The notes under the pieces: generated by a model
Databases searched by the model: none
Seen by the model: the letters and a program-made list of their open reading frames with translations, nothing else
What the model was told of the DNA's origin: nothing
Shown: in pieces, positions 9,234-19,434 of the stretch
Layout: each line of letters starts with the position of its first letter
Numbering within the stretch: position 1 is the stretch's first letter
Made by a program: the position numbers and the translations under genes
Source: Longimicrobiales bacterium
GTDB taxonomy: Bacteria; Gemmatimonadota; Gemmatimonadetes; Longimicrobiales; Gaopeijiaceae
Direction: 5' to 3'
Assembly: GCA_965198065.1 (NCBI GenBank)
Contig: CBDAON010000004.1
Location: 96,001 to 160,000 of the forward strand
DNA length: 64,000 nucleotides

Positions 9234-12200
9234 TCACCACCCCGGTTGGAGCTGGAACCCAAAGTGGCCACCCTTGCTCGGGCGCTGCCACGGGATCGCG
9301 TAGTAGAACTCCAGCACGAGGAATCCAAGCACGTTCAGTCGAGCGCTGGCGCCCGAGCTGAACACCGGGATCCGCTCCGCGGACGAACGCGCGAACTCCC
9401 AGACCGGTGGGTCGTCGGCATTCCACGCGAGCCCCGCGTCGGTGAAGAGCACGAGCTCGGTCGGGAGAAAGCCCACGTTGAGGAGCCCCATGCGATCGAC
9501 CCCCAGAAGGGGAACGCGTACCTCCGCGCTCGCGACCCCGATGCGGTTCCCGTACAGGCGTTCCCGCTCCGGACAGGTCTGGCTCGAGCACTCCCGGGGA
9601 TCGAACGAGTTATACGAGTAGCCTCGAACGAGAGACTCCCAGCCAACGTAGAAGGGCTGGAGGACGCTGTCCTCCACGCCGGCCCCGTAACGCCCGTAGT
9701 GGAAGCCCCGGAAGGCGAAAGTGAGCTCCCTGACGGGGTTGAAGTACCGCCGGTAGTCCAGGAGTATGCTCGAGTAGTCGAGATTCCCCGCCGTCACACC
9801 CAACTCCAGCCGGTAGCGGCCGCCGCGGACCGGAGACGTGAACCCGAAGAAGGAGTTGTCGCTAACCAGGGCGATACTCGAGTGCACGAAGTTGATCGGA
9901 TCGGACTGCTGCTCGCCGGTGTAATCCCCGCGCCTGTAGTCGACCAGCCGCCGGAACTGGTCGTAAACGAAGGTTTCCTCCTCGGCGTCGAACGAGTAGC
10001 GAGTGACCCCTCCCTTGACCTCGAAGCGCCGCGTGGTCGAAAACGGATACGATGCCAGGCCCATTGCTTCGGTCCAATACTCACGGAAGCGAACCTGGGT
10101 GATGGAGGTCTGGCTGTAGTCCGTGATCCCCACGTAGAGGTTGGGAACCCGGCCCGCGGCCACGCCCCAGTTCCATCGGCGCTCCATGTTCTGGTAGACG
10201 AATTGCCCCCCGATGTCCTTCAGCGTTCCCTGGGCCTGAATGGCCACGCCGAGGACCCGATTTCCCAACATGTCGGAGAAGTAGGCCGCGGCTGACCCCG
10301 ACAGGAAGTTTCCGAACTGGTCGGCCCCGACCCCGACCGAGGGCTGTCCCACGTAATCGAGGCTCAGGGAAGGGTTGTAGTCGCTAGCGTCCGCGGTCAG
10401 GTAGGTCCCCACGGGAACCAACCCAGTCTCGGGGTCGGCGAGATAGGAGACGACTCGGGACGAGACCCTGCGCTCCGGGGGTGGGACTCGCCGGCCGGCC
10501 GAGTCCATCGAGGCCAGCGTCACCGGCGCCGCCGGGGCGTCCCGCGAGTCCATCGAGTACACGTGGAGGTCGAACCCGTCGAAGACCGAGAACACCACGA
10601 TTCCGGTCTCACGGGAGACGCTCATCGCCGGCGACATCCCCGTGATCCCGGAAACCGCCGTGGCCACTTCCGTGACGCGGAAGATCGTCTCCGTCGCCAG
10701 GTCCACGCGGTAGATGTCGCTGAACCCGTCGGGATCCGAGATGAAGTAGATGCTCTGTCCATCCGGCGAGAACTGCGGATTCATGTGCCGGACGTCTCCG
10801 AACAGGTCCAGCACCTCGACCCGGCCGGTATCCGGGTTCAGGAGAGCGAGCCGCATGTCCGAGTACGTCAGATCCTCGAAGTCCGTCACGGGGCCCCGGT
10901 CGGTCACGAACGCGATCGTGCCGCCATCGGGCGAAAAGACCGGCTGGAAGTCGGCGTACCGATCATCGGTGAGCTGGGTCAGCTCGTCCGTCTCGAGAGC
11001 GAAGCGGTAGAGGTCGGTGATGCCCCCCACCTGACCGGAGAACACGAGCGAGCCTCCGTCGGGCGACCACGACGGGCTTGTGATCTCTCCGATTTCCTCG
11101 GGGAGCAAGAGACGGCGGAGGACGCTCCCGTCGTCGGCCTCCCGGAGAACGATCTCGTTCCGGCCCTGGGCGAACGTCACGATCGCGATTTGCTCGCCGT
11201 CCGGTGACCAGCCGCCGGACGAGTCAATGAAGCGAAGAGCGTCGCTGTGGGGATCAGCAGCCGCGCTTGTGAGCGTGCGAATGATCTCTCCGGTCTGCGC
11301 GTCGGCCAGATAGAGGTCGAAGCTGAAGAGGTCCCGCTCCGACATGAACACGACATAGCGACCATCGGGGCTCACAGATGGCGCCACGTTCTGCCGGCCG
11401 GCGCCGGTGGACAGTGACAGGAGAAGCGAGCCCACCTCGCCGGGAGAGGTCTTCCCCTGCATGCGCGGGCGGTAGTGAGCCTCCGCGGCCGCCCGCCACT
11501 GGGCCGAGAGCGTGTCCGAGGACACCTCGAGGACCTGATTGATCGCGGGCTCCCATCCTATCCGGAGTGCTGTGCGGAACAGGTCCACGACCCTCTCGTC
11601 CCCGTACGTCCCGCCCACGTAGGTCCAGAACGCCTGCCCGAACCGGTACGGGAAGAACCGCGTGTCCGTCGTCAACTGGGTGAGGGTCGGGAAGTCGTCG
11701 TTGAGGAGCGCGTCCCGAAGCCACATCCCCGTCAGCGGGTCCTCGGCCCCCACCGACAGGTACTCCGCCATGCCCTCAATCATCCACAGCGGGATCCGCA
11801 TGAGCCCCGGCAGGCCGCCCCCCCTTCGCGACTCCGCGAGGTTGTACTGGAAGGCGTGAACGAGCTCGTGGCCAAGCACGTGGTCCGTGGCTGCGTACGA
11901 GCCCGCGAACGGCAACACGACTCGGTTCTTGATCGACTCGGTCACGCCCCCCGTGCCCTCACTGATCTGCGCGGAGATCGTGTTCGTCTGCTGGAAGTCC
12001 GGATGATCCGCGTAGAGGATGAGAGGCTTCCTCTCCCGGAACTCGTACTGGAAGAGCCGCGCCAGCCTCTCATACCAGCGCTCCGCCATCCGACTCGCAT
12101 CCTCGACAGCCACCTCCATCCCCTCGTAAAAGTGGATGTCGAAGTGCGGTGTCGTGAGAATGTGAGTGTCGAACTCATCGTACTGGACCTTGTTACGCCC

Positions 12201-12314
12201 GAAGTACTGGGCGTCCGCCGGAGCGGGAGCCCCCATGAGCGCTACGAGGAGGAGGGCGCCCGTCGCGACGGGCGGAGTCGTTGGCGTCGGGAAAGCGAGA
12301 TCAGGAAACCTCAT
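9234..12314 (-). CDS. Omp85-family outer membrane protein with N-terminal HExxH peptidase-like and TolB/PD40 propeller domains
   Basis: QYFGRNKVQY, HELVH, WMIEGMAEY, repeated SPDG blades, VRGY barrel motif, terminal aromatic residue. Confidence 0.85.
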   Translation of the reverse strand: MRFPDLAFPTPTTPPVATGALLLVALMGAPAPADAQYFGRNKVQYDEFDTHILTTPHFDIHFYEGMEVAVEDASRMAERWYERLARLFQYEFRERKPLILYADHPDFQQTNTISAQISEGTGGVTESIKNRVVLPFAGSYAATDHVLGHELVHAFQYNLAESRRGGGLPGLMRIPLWMIEGMAEYLSVGAEDPLTGMWLRDALLNDDFPTLTQLTTDTRFFPYRFGQAFWTYVGGTYGDERVVDLFRTALRIGWEPAINQVLEVSSDTLSAQWRAAAEAHYRPRMQGKTSPGEVGSLLLSLSTGAGRQNVAPSVSPDGRYVVFMSERDLFSFDLYLADAQTGEIIRTLTSAAADPHSDALRFIDSSGGWSPDGEQIAIVTFAQGRNEIVLREADDGSVLRRLLLPEEIGEITSPSWSPDGGSLVFSGQVGGITDLYRFALETDELTQLTDDRYADFQPVFSPDGGTIAFVTDRGPVTDFEDLTYSDMRLALLNPDTGRVEVLDLFGDVRHMNPQFSPDGQSIYFISDPDGFSDIYRVDLATETIFRVTEVATAVSGITGMSPAMSVSRETGIVVFSVFDGFDLHVYSMDSRDAPAAPVTLASMDSAGRRVPPPERRVSSRVVSYLADPETGLVPVGTYLTADASDYNPSLSLDYVGQPSVGVGADQFGNFLSGSAAAYFSDMLGNRVLGVAIQAQGTLKDIGGQFVYQNMERRWNWGVAAGRVPNLYVGITDYSQTSITQVRFREYWTEAMGLASYPFSTTRRFEVKGGVTRYSFDAEEETFVYDQFRRLVDYRRGDYTGEQQSDPINFVHSSIALVSDNSFFGFTSPVRGGRYRLELGVTAGNLDYSSILLDYRRYFNPVRELTFAFRGFHYGRYGAGVEDSVLQPFYVGWESLVRGYSYNSFDPRECSSQTCPERERLYGNRIGVASAEVRVPLLGVDRMGLLNVGFLPTELVLFTDAGLAWNADDPPVWEFARSSAERIPVFSSGASARLNVLGFLVLEFYYAIPWQRPSKGGHFGFQLQPGW

Positions 12315-12545
12315 CTGACTTCCTCTGGAAAAGCAGCGGGGGAAGGGGAGCGCCCGATCCGAGATCCGGCTCGAGACGCGTCGTCACTCCACAAATCTTC
12401 TAACCCATACCCTGGAGATGAGGTTCCAGAGGTACTCGTTAGGCGGGGCCGTGTGCTGCGAGGGCGCCGATTGCGCCCCGAAACCCCACCTCATAATGAT
12501 GAGGCCTCCTGGACCGTAGAGACTTCGCGTGGAGGAGAGCGTGGA

Positions 12546-12932
12546 ATGGACGGTGTGAACGAGATCAAGACGCCGCTGGCGCCCCGGGCAATCGGGCCGT
12601 ACTCGCAGGCCGTCGTCTCCGATGGATGGATCCATGCGTCCGGGCAGATTGCACTCGATCCGGAGACGGGGGACATAGTCGCCGGCGGTGCCGCGGAGCA
12701 GACGGACCGGGTGCTCCGAAACCTCGCGGCGGTGCTGACCGCGGCCGGCGGAGGCCTCTCTACCGTGACGAAGACGACCGTCTATCTCGTCGATCTCACG
12801 AACTTTTCCGCGATGAACGAAGTATACGAGAGGCATTTCGGTGCGCGGCGCCCGGCCCGCGCAACAGTGGAGGTGTCGAGGTTACCGAGGGATGCCATCG
12901 TGGAGATCGACGCGATCGCGAGAGTCAGCTGA
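12546..12932 (+). CDS. ridA: RidA family reactive imine deaminase
   Basis: APRAIGPYSQAV, SGQI, FSAMNEVY, PARATVEVSRLP, VEIDAIA. Confidence 0.93.
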   Translation: MDGVNEIKTPLAPRAIGPYSQAVVSDGWIHASGQIALDPETGDIVAGGAAEQTDRVLRNLAAVLTAAGGGLSTVTKTTVYLVDLTNFSAMNEVYERHFGARRPARATVEVSRLPRDAIVEIDAIARVS

Positions 12933-12957
12933 CCCGCTGCGGGAGGCGATGGGGCCC

Positions 12958-13326
12958 ATGAGGGTTCTTACCGCTGTCCTGACCCTGGCCGTGCTGACCG
13001 CCGGGTGCAACACGCTCCTTCGAGGAAACTGGGACCCGTTCCGGGGCAGCACCGGAGCCCAGATCCGCATCCTCGTGACGAATGAGACGCCGGGGAGCGT
13101 GATCGTCCACGCCCTCTCGCCCGCACGTCGGATAACCCTCGGTACGATCGATGGGAACGGTCGAAACAACTATTCGATCCCATGGTCGGAGCTCCAGGCC
13201 CTCCGCTTTCAAATCGAGAGCCCCGGAGGCTCGACGCACGTCACCTCGGGCTCGCTCGCCCGCCCGGGAGATCAGGTCGAGATCCGGGTCAGGGACCCGA
13301 TCGAGAGATCGGAGGTTCGGCGGTAG
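12958..13326 (+). CDS. Hypothetical lipoprotein
   Basis: Lipoprotein signal ending LTAGC; beta-rich body. Confidence 0.65.
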   Translation: MRVLTAVLTLAVLTAGCNTLLRGNWDPFRGSTGAQIRILVTNETPGSVIVHALSPARRITLGTIDGNGRNNYSIPWSELQALRFQIESPGGSTHVTSGSLARPGDQVEIRVRDPIERSEVRR

Positions 13327-13330
13327 CGCC

Positions 13331-14407
13331 CTACCCGGGGGGCGTGGTCCGAGCGGGAAGGAACGGCACGGAGTCGCCCTGCGCGGTAATCCACCCCTCG
13401 TAGGACTGCGCCCTCCGGATCGTCCCCCCGTCGGGTAGGGTCCGCCAGATGAAGCTCTCCCGCGGAAGGAGCAGTGGGCGCCCGAACCCGTCGTCCCGCG
13501 TGTCGAAGCCAGCCCACCCCCCCGCCGACTCATCCGGCTCCGGAGTGTGGAACTCCCACTCGGCCCGCGCCACCAGGGTGTCCGGTCCCAGCTCGAGGAG
13601 CCCGGTCAGATAGGGATCTTCCCTCTCAGTTCCACAGAAGCGGAGGATCCAGCCGGCTCCGTCCGCCGTCTCGACGCGAAACCGGTGACGCTCCTCGAAG
13701 GCTTCCGACAGGAAGTGGGGCGCCAGGTCCGCCTCTAGCGGGGCGTAGCTCCAGGAGTCGTAGGATCGCTCGCTGTCGCTTCGACGGACTCGGAACGCGT
13801 AGCCGTCCCGCTCGATCCTGCGGTTCCAGCTGAGCCTGAGAAGGGGGGCCGACGACCGCTGCCCGATCAATCCTTCAGAAGTTCGGTCGGGGCCGGCGGG
13901 CTCTGAGGCGATCGTGTCGGTCCACTCCTCCGTGTAGGTGGCGATGGCGAGCGTATCGAGGCCGCTCTGGTGCAGCCTCGACGCGCCCTCGAGGAGCGCG
14001 CGGGCTGCCGGTTGATCCGGGGCAGAGCAAAGATCGACCTCTGCCTCGATCCGGAGCCCGGGGAGGGGCAGCGGAGCCGGCTCGACGACCACCGACACGG
14101 TCAGGGCTGCCTCGGGAACCGGGACGTCGGCCGGCTCGTACCCGAGACGCTCCACCCGGAGCCGCCAGGCCGGCGTCCAGCTCCTCGTGGTCGAGATCCG
14201 GAACGTCCCTTCGCGATCCGTCCACGCGGACGCCAGCATGCGGTCCCCGTCCCAGAGTTGGACGTGCGCGGACGAGACCGGGCGGCCGGAGGCGTCGGTT
14301 ACGGCACCTCCCACCATGTCGGCCGCACGGCTCCGGGCGGTTCCCGAGGCCAGGGGAAGGAGCAGCGCTGCGAAGAGGATCGCGACGCGGACAACCGGAA
14401 GCGGCAT
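13331..14407 (-). CDS. Secreted carboxypeptidase-regulatory-like domain protein
   Basis: Signal peptide; GAVTDASGRPV...TDREGTF...RLGY. Confidence 0.7.
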   Translation of the reverse strand: MPLPVVRVAILFAALLLPLASGTARSRAADMVGGAVTDASGRPVSSAHVQLWDGDRMLASAWTDREGTFRISTTRSWTPAWRLRVERLGYEPADVPVPEAALTVSVVVEPAPLPLPGLRIEAEVDLCSAPDQPAARALLEGASRLHQSGLDTLAIATYTEEWTDTIASEPAGPDRTSEGLIGQRSSAPLLRLSWNRRIERDGYAFRVRRSDSERSYDSWSYAPLEADLAPHFLSEAFEERHRFRVETADGAGWILRFCGTEREDPYLTGLLELGPDTLVARAEWEFHTPEPDESAGGWAGFDTRDDGFGRPLLLPRESFIWRTLPDGGTIRRAQSYEGWITAQGDSVPFLPARTTPPG

Positions 14408-14639
14408 GCAACACCGTGCGCGTTGAGGAGGCGTGTTCTCACCCTTCTAACTGCGCGGGCAGGGTCGGAGTTCCCCGGGATGGTGCTTCGGACGCTCCCG
14501 ATGCGTTGCCTCGGACACTCCGCGACGGCGCTTCAGCCGCTCCCGAGACGTTGCCGCCCCGGCCCCGGGCCACTCATCTTGGGGCTTCCTCGGCTCGGCC
14601 TCCGGGCCGGCGGAAAGGGACTCCCATCCATGAGCGTCC

Positions 14640-15629
14640 GTGCCCCGACCCGTCCGCGTCATCGTCAATCCGAAAGCATCCGGAGGACGGACGGCTCGAG
14701 TGGTCGCCGACCTCGAGGCGGCGCTTCGATCAAGCGGCGTCGAGTACTCCCTGGACTTCACGCGCGCTCCGGGGCACGCGAGAGAGATGGCGCTCACGGC
14801 GCGGGGCCAGCCGTCGGCGGTCCTGGTGGTGGGCGGGGACGGGACCGTGCACGAGGTCGCGACCGGGCTTCTGTCGGGGACCACCCCCGAACGGCCCGGC
14901 CCGACGCTCCCCCCGCTCGCCGTCCTGCCCGTGGGGACTGGAAACGACTTCTGCCGTATGGTGCGCGGAGCGGGAAGCGTCGGGGGGGCCGTTCGAACGC
15001 TCCGGGAGGGCGTGGCGCGCCCGTTCGAGGTGGGGTTCGTGCGTTGGGACGGGGGACAGGCCCACTTCGTGAACTTGGTCGGGGTCGGAATCGACGTGGA
15101 GGTCCTGAAGCGTCGCGCCTCGTTCACGGCGCTTCGCGGGCTGCCCCAGTATCTCGCCGCGCTCGGGTCGGCTCTCCTCCGCTACCGCCCCGTTCGGCTG
15201 GGGGTGACGTCCTCGTCGTCGAGCGGGCCCGCCGCTTCCATGGAGCCCGCCGACTCGATGGAGGGTGAGGTCCTCCTTGCCGCGGTGACGGTGGGCCCCT
15301 CCATAGGAGGTGGGTTCCTCCTTTCGCCAGCGGCTCGACCCGACGACGGCCTCCTGGATCTCTTCGTCGCCGAGAACATGGGAATGGTCCAGGTGCTCCG
15401 GTCCCTTCCAGGAATACTCCGGGGCACGGATGAACCGACGGAGGGTGTCCATCGGCGGCAGGTCTCGGGTATCGAGCTGAGGCGACTCGACGGTGAGCCG
15501 CTCTTCTTCGAGCTGGACGGGGAGATCATGGCCGAGGGAACCACCGTTCTCGACGTGCGGATTCAGGTCGGAAGCCTCCGCGTCCTCGAGCTTCCCGAGG
15601 GGAGGCCCCAAGGGAGGGAAGACGCGTGA
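14640..15629 (+). CDS. Diacylglycerol/lipid kinase (YegS/DAGK family)
   Basis: NPKASGG, GGDGTVHEV, PVGTGNDF, DDGLLD, LDGE. Confidence 0.92.
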   Translation: MPRPVRVIVNPKASGGRTARVVADLEAALRSSGVEYSLDFTRAPGHAREMALTARGQPSAVLVVGGDGTVHEVATGLLSGTTPERPGPTLPPLAVLPVGTGNDFCRMVRGAGSVGGAVRTLREGVARPFEVGFVRWDGGQAHFVNLVGVGIDVEVLKRRASFTALRGLPQYLAALGSALLRYRPVRLGVTSSSSSGPAASMEPADSMEGEVLLAAVTVGPSIGGGFLLSPAARPDDGLLDLFVAENMGMVQVLRSLPGILRGTDEPTEGVHRRQVSGIELRRLDGEPLFFELDGEIMAEGTTVLDVRIQVGSLRVLELPEGRPQGREDA

Positions 15630-16291
15630 GCTCGGCTCGGGAGGACCCGGGCGAGCGCGTACACCGAACCCGTCGCTCTGGCCCGTTAAGCAGCGCCCGG
15701 GGCGCGGTGGGTGCCTGGATCCTGGCCGTCGCAGTCGCGCTCCCAGGTGGTGCGTTCGCACAGCAGGCAGACTCCGCCACCGTCGTCACGGTGACGCCCA
15801 GGTCTGCCTTTCTGCGCTCCCTGCTCATTCCGGGATGGGGCAACGTCGTCACCGGGTCGTACGGGCGGGGAGGACTCTACTTCGGGGCTCAGGCCGGAAG
15901 CCTGTGGATGATCGGGAAGTCGGCGCGCCGGCGTAGCGAGGCCCAGCGGCTGATAGAGATCGCGCGGCGCGCCGTGCGCGAGCGGGTCGTGCTCGGTGGA
16001 GCGACGGACCCGGCCGAGATCGAGGCAGCGGTCGAAGCCGACCCAGCCGTCGAAGAGTGGAAAGGGCTGATCGACGCGCGCGGCCAGCAGGTGGAAGACT
16101 GGACGGCCTTCTCGATCTTTCTCGTCCTCATCAGCGCAGCGGACGCGTACGTCTCGGCCCACCTGATGGACTACCCGGAGCGCCTCTCCCTAGCCACGCT
16201 TCCCCTCCCGGAGCCCGGGCGCCTGACGCTCAGCGTCCTTCCAAGCGAGACCGAGGGGATCGAGGTGCGGCTCTCCGTGGTCGTGCGCTGA
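15626..16291 (+). CDS. Hypothetical membrane protein (DUF5683-like)
   Basis: PRSAFLRSLLIPGWG and AADAYVSAHL patterns; overlaps the upstream stop. Confidence 0.65.
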   Translation: MSSAREDPGERVHRTRRSGPLSSARGAVGAWILAVAVALPGGAFAQQADSATVVTVTPRSAFLRSLLIPGWGNVVTGSYGRGGLYFGAQAGSLWMIGKSARRRSEAQRLIEIARRAVRERVVLGGATDPAEIEAAVEADPAVEEWKGLIDARGQQVEDWTAFSIFLVLISAADAYVSAHLMDYPERLSLATLPLPEPGRLTLSVLPSETEGIEVRLSVVVR

Positions 16292-16325
16292 GAGCACGGC
16301 AGCTCGCCGCGCCGGGTCCGACGGC

Positions 16326-17078
16326 TTACGGCGGCGCGCCGTTCCAGCGCTCGAGCCGGGGAGGGGCCCCTTCCTCCAGCACCACGTAGGTGGCGTGCGT
16401 GAGCCAGTCCCCGGAGTTGAGGTAGAAACGTCCGGGCGCGACCTCGATTCTCCTAGGAAGGTGGGTGTGGGCTAGGAGGACGATGTCCAGCTCGTCGTCC
16501 TCAAGCAGACGATCCCGCGCCCAGCGCTCGAGCTGCTCGGCCCGGAGTCGCTGCGACTCCGCAGGCGCCCCGGCCAACTCGCCGGCGTCGGTCTGGGACA
16601 CCACGCGGGCGAGGGCCGCCCCCACGTCCGGGTGGATCCAGCGAAAGCCCCATCGGGCGAGCCTGCTCCGGAGGACGGATCGCAGAATCCGGTAGCCCAG
16701 GTCCCCGGGACCGAGCCCGTCGCCGTGGGCCACGAGCGTGGTCCGGCCCGCCAGGTCAAGGCGGGTCGGCCCCTGGTGGAAGGTTACGCCGATCTCGTCC
16801 GTCAGATATGAGCCGCCCCACCAATCGTGATTCCCTCCGAATAGGTGGATCGGAACCCCTTCGTCCACCGCGCGACGAAGGGCCCCGAGTACGCGGGCGT
16901 GCCCGCGAGGGATCACCGCGCGCCACTCGAACCAGAAATCGAAAAGGTCGCCGTTCAGGACGATCGTGCCGGCTCGTGCAGCCGCATAGTCGAGCCAGCC
17001 GAGGAAGGCCTCCTCCATTCGCGGCGGGGCCGCGCCGAGGTGCTGGTCGGAAGCGACGTAGACGGAGCTGGCGGACAT
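16326..17078 (-). CDS. lpxH: UDP-2,3-diacylglucosamine hydrolase
   Basis: Metallophosphoesterase motifs SDQHLG, GDLFDFW, GNHD, HGD, HTH, NSGDW. Confidence 0.85.
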   Translation of the reverse strand: MSASSVYVASDQHLGAAPPRMEEAFLGWLDYAAARAGTIVLNGDLFDFWFEWRAVIPRGHARVLGALRRAVDEGVPIHLFGGNHDWWGGSYLTDEIGVTFHQGPTRLDLAGRTTLVAHGDGLGPGDLGYRILRSVLRSRLARWGFRWIHPDVGAALARVVSQTDAGELAGAPAESQRLRAEQLERWARDRLLEDDELDIVLLAHTHLPRRIEVAPGRFYLNSGDWLTHATYVVLEEGAPPRLERWNGAPP

Positions 17079-17163
17079 GGGGCGGAACTTAGGTCTGGGC
17101 ACAGGGGCGGGGAAGCCGCGCCGCGATGACCCACGAGGGTCCCGCCGTTATGTTCCTCTCGAG

Positions 17164-17961
17164 ATGTCGGAAGGGGTTCCGATGCCCGCGGCGGAGGCGC
17201 GGATGCACTCGCGGATGAACCGTAGCCTGGACGCCGGGAGGGGCTCCGGACCGAGACGTCCGGGGGAGAGACGCCTGCCTCTTCGGGGCGCGGCGTGGCT
17301 CCTTGTGGCGTCCGCGCCGTTCCATCTCGGGGGATGCGCTTCGGCCGCTCCGCTGCCTCCCCTTGCGCTCCTCGACGCGGGACAGCTGGCCCGGGCCGCC
17401 GAGGGAGTTTCGGCGCTGGATGCGGCGTACCAGCTCGTCTTCGAGTGGAGCCTGGACGAGCCGAGCGCGCGCCTCCGGGGGCGAGGCGTGGCTCGGATCG
17501 AGCCGCCCTATAGAGCCCGCCTCGATCTCTTTCTCACCAACGGGGAACGGGCTGCCGCGGCGGCTCTGGTGGAGGACGAGCTCCGCACCGCAGAGGGAGG
17601 ACGAGCGGACCTCCCGCCACCCCCGTTCCTCTGGGGTGCATTCGGGGTGTTTCGACCGGGGGAATCGAGCGTGCTGGAGGGGGGTACGGGAACCCGGGCT
17701 GGCGCTTCGGAGCTCCGGTACCTGCCCGCCGGGGGGGGAGAGCTCCGCTTCCAGCTCGAGAACGGGCGGCTGCAGGGCATGGAGGTCGTGAGCGCAGACC
17801 GTGCAGTCGAGCAGCTCCAGCTCGTCCTGCCCGAGGGGGAGCGTTTCCCGCGGCAGGCCATGTACCGGAACTTGGAGCAGGTGCGGGAGCTCCGGATCAC
17901 ACTCGAGGCGGTGGAGAGTGTCGAGACTTTCCCTTCGGAGATCTGGGACCCGGCGTCCTGA
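17164..17961 (+). CDS. Hypothetical lipoprotein
   Basis: Lipobox LGGC; protein-like ORF heading the lptE-hemC operon; start uncertain. Confidence 0.6.
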   Translation: MSEGVPMPAAEARMHSRMNRSLDAGRGSGPRRPGERRLPLRGAAWLLVASAPFHLGGCASAAPLPPLALLDAGQLARAAEGVSALDAAYQLVFEWSLDEPSARLRGRGVARIEPPYRARLDLFLTNGERAAAAALVEDELRTAEGGRADLPPPPFLWGAFGVFRPGESSVLEGGTGTRAGASELRYLPAGGGELRFQLENGRLQGMEVVSADRAVEQLQLVLPEGERFPRQAMYRNLEQVRELRITLEAVESVETFPSEIWDPAS

Positions 17962-18466
17962 CCGGGGCAGGACGGCCATCCCGGTCGCGGTAGCCGTCCT
18001 GCTCGCGGGCTGTAACTACACCTTCCAGGCGGGCGCCGGTCTGCCTCCGCACGTCGAGACCCTGGCGATCATCCCGTTCGAGAACGAGACCAGTCGGTTC
18101 GAGATCTCCCAGGAGCTCCACGACACCCTTTTGGACCAGCTGCCTAGCGTCTTCGGAGTCCGCACGGGAGGCGAAGAGTTCGCCCAGGCGGTTGTACGGG
18201 GCACGGTCACGCGCTACTCGGTCGAGACTCCCATCTATCGGCCTAACGCGGCCGGGGACCAGGCCAGGGTGCTGGAGCGGCAGGTCATGCTGACCGTGAA
18301 CGTGGAGGTCGTGGATCTCGTGAACAACGTGATCCTCTGGGAGAACCCAGGCCTCCAGGCTCGTGGGGAGTTTCTGGAGGAGGGACAGCTCGAGGAAGAA
18401 GGGCGCCGACTGGCGATCAGGCGACTGGCCCAGGCCATCGTCGACGGCCTCCAGTCCAACTGGTGA
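17918..18466 (+). CDS. lptE: LptE-like LPS assembly lipoprotein
   Basis: LLAGCNYTF lipobox, LPPHVETLAIIPFENET, C-terminal helix ending NW; start uncertain (GTG 17918). Confidence 0.7.
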   Translation: MSRLSLRRSGTRRPDRGRTAIPVAVAVLLAGCNYTFQAGAGLPPHVETLAIIPFENETSRFEISQELHDTLLDQLPSVFGVRTGGEEFAQAVVRGTVTRYSVETPIYRPNAAGDQARVLERQVMLTVNVEVVDLVNNVILWENPGLQARGEFLEEGQLEEEGRRLAIRRLAQAIVDGLQSNW

Positions 18467-19416
18467 TGCCGCGGGCTGCCCTCCGTCTCGGCACCCGCGG
18501 CTCCCCCCTTGCGCTCACCCAGAGCCGGTGGGTCGCCGAGCGGGTCGGCCGGGAGGGCGGCCCCGTCGTCGAACTTCGACGGATCCGCACGAGCGGCGAC
18601 GCGATGCGCGACCGCCCCCTGGCCGACCACGGTGGGAAGGGCCTCTTCACCAGGGAGCTAGACGACGCTCTCCTGGCCGAGGATGTGGATCTGGCTGTCC
18701 ACTCCCTGAAGGACCTTCCGGCCGATCTGCCCGACGGTCTGGCGATCGTGGCGATTCCGGAACGGGAGGATCCGCGTGACGTGCTCGTGGGCGCACAGGG
18801 GCGAGACATGGCCCTCCAGACCCTCCCGGCCGGCACACGGGTCGGGACCGGGTCGCTCCGGAGGGTCGCGCTGCTTCGCGCGCTCCGCCCCGACGTCGAG
18901 GTCGTGCCCCTCCGGGGCAACGTGGACACGCGGATCCGAAGGGTAGACGACGGCCAGCTGGACGCCGTCGTTCTCGCGGCGGCCGGGGTGAGGAGGCTGG
19001 GCTGGACCGGGCGCATCGCCGAGTATCTTGAGCCCGGGAGCTGGGTGCCGGCCCCCGGACAGGGAGCGCTCGCCGTCGTGGCCCGCTTCGATGACCCGCA
19101 CGTCCGGCGTTGGTTGGAGGATCTGGATCATGTCCCGAGCCGGGCCCAGGCGGAAGCCGAGCGCGCCCTTCTTCGGGCCCTTGGGGTGGACTGTCGCCTC
19201 CCCGTGGCCGCGCTCGGGCTCTCCTTCGGGAGCGGCCTTCGGCTGAGAGCCCTGGTTGCCTCGCCCGATGGGCGTCGGCTCGTTCGGGCCGAGGGCACCG
19301 GATCGGGAGGGGATCCCCACGGGCTTGGGAGGCGGGTGGCGGACCTCCTCCTCGAGCGGGGAGCGGACGTGGTCCTGGAGGGACTGAGGGTCACGGGTCG
19401 AGGCGATGGCGGGTGA
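18466..19416 (+). CDS. hemC: Hydroxymethylbilane synthase
   Basis: GTRGSPLAL, GKGLFTREL, AVHSLKD, GTGSLRR, RGNVDTR, PAPGQG. Confidence 0.96.
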   Translation: MPRAALRLGTRGSPLALTQSRWVAERVGREGGPVVELRRIRTSGDAMRDRPLADHGGKGLFTRELDDALLAEDVDLAVHSLKDLPADLPDGLAIVAIPEREDPRDVLVGAQGRDMALQTLPAGTRVGTGSLRRVALLRALRPDVEVVPLRGNVDTRIRRVDDGQLDAVVLAAAGVRRLGWTGRIAEYLEPGSWVPAPGQGALAVVARFDDPHVRRWLEDLDHVPSRAQAEAERALLRALGVDCRLPVAALGLSFGSGLRLRALVASPDGRRLVRAEGTGSGGDPHGLGRRVADLLLERGADVVLEGLRVTGRGDGG

Positions 19417-19434
19417 CTCGCGGAAGTGGGGTTG

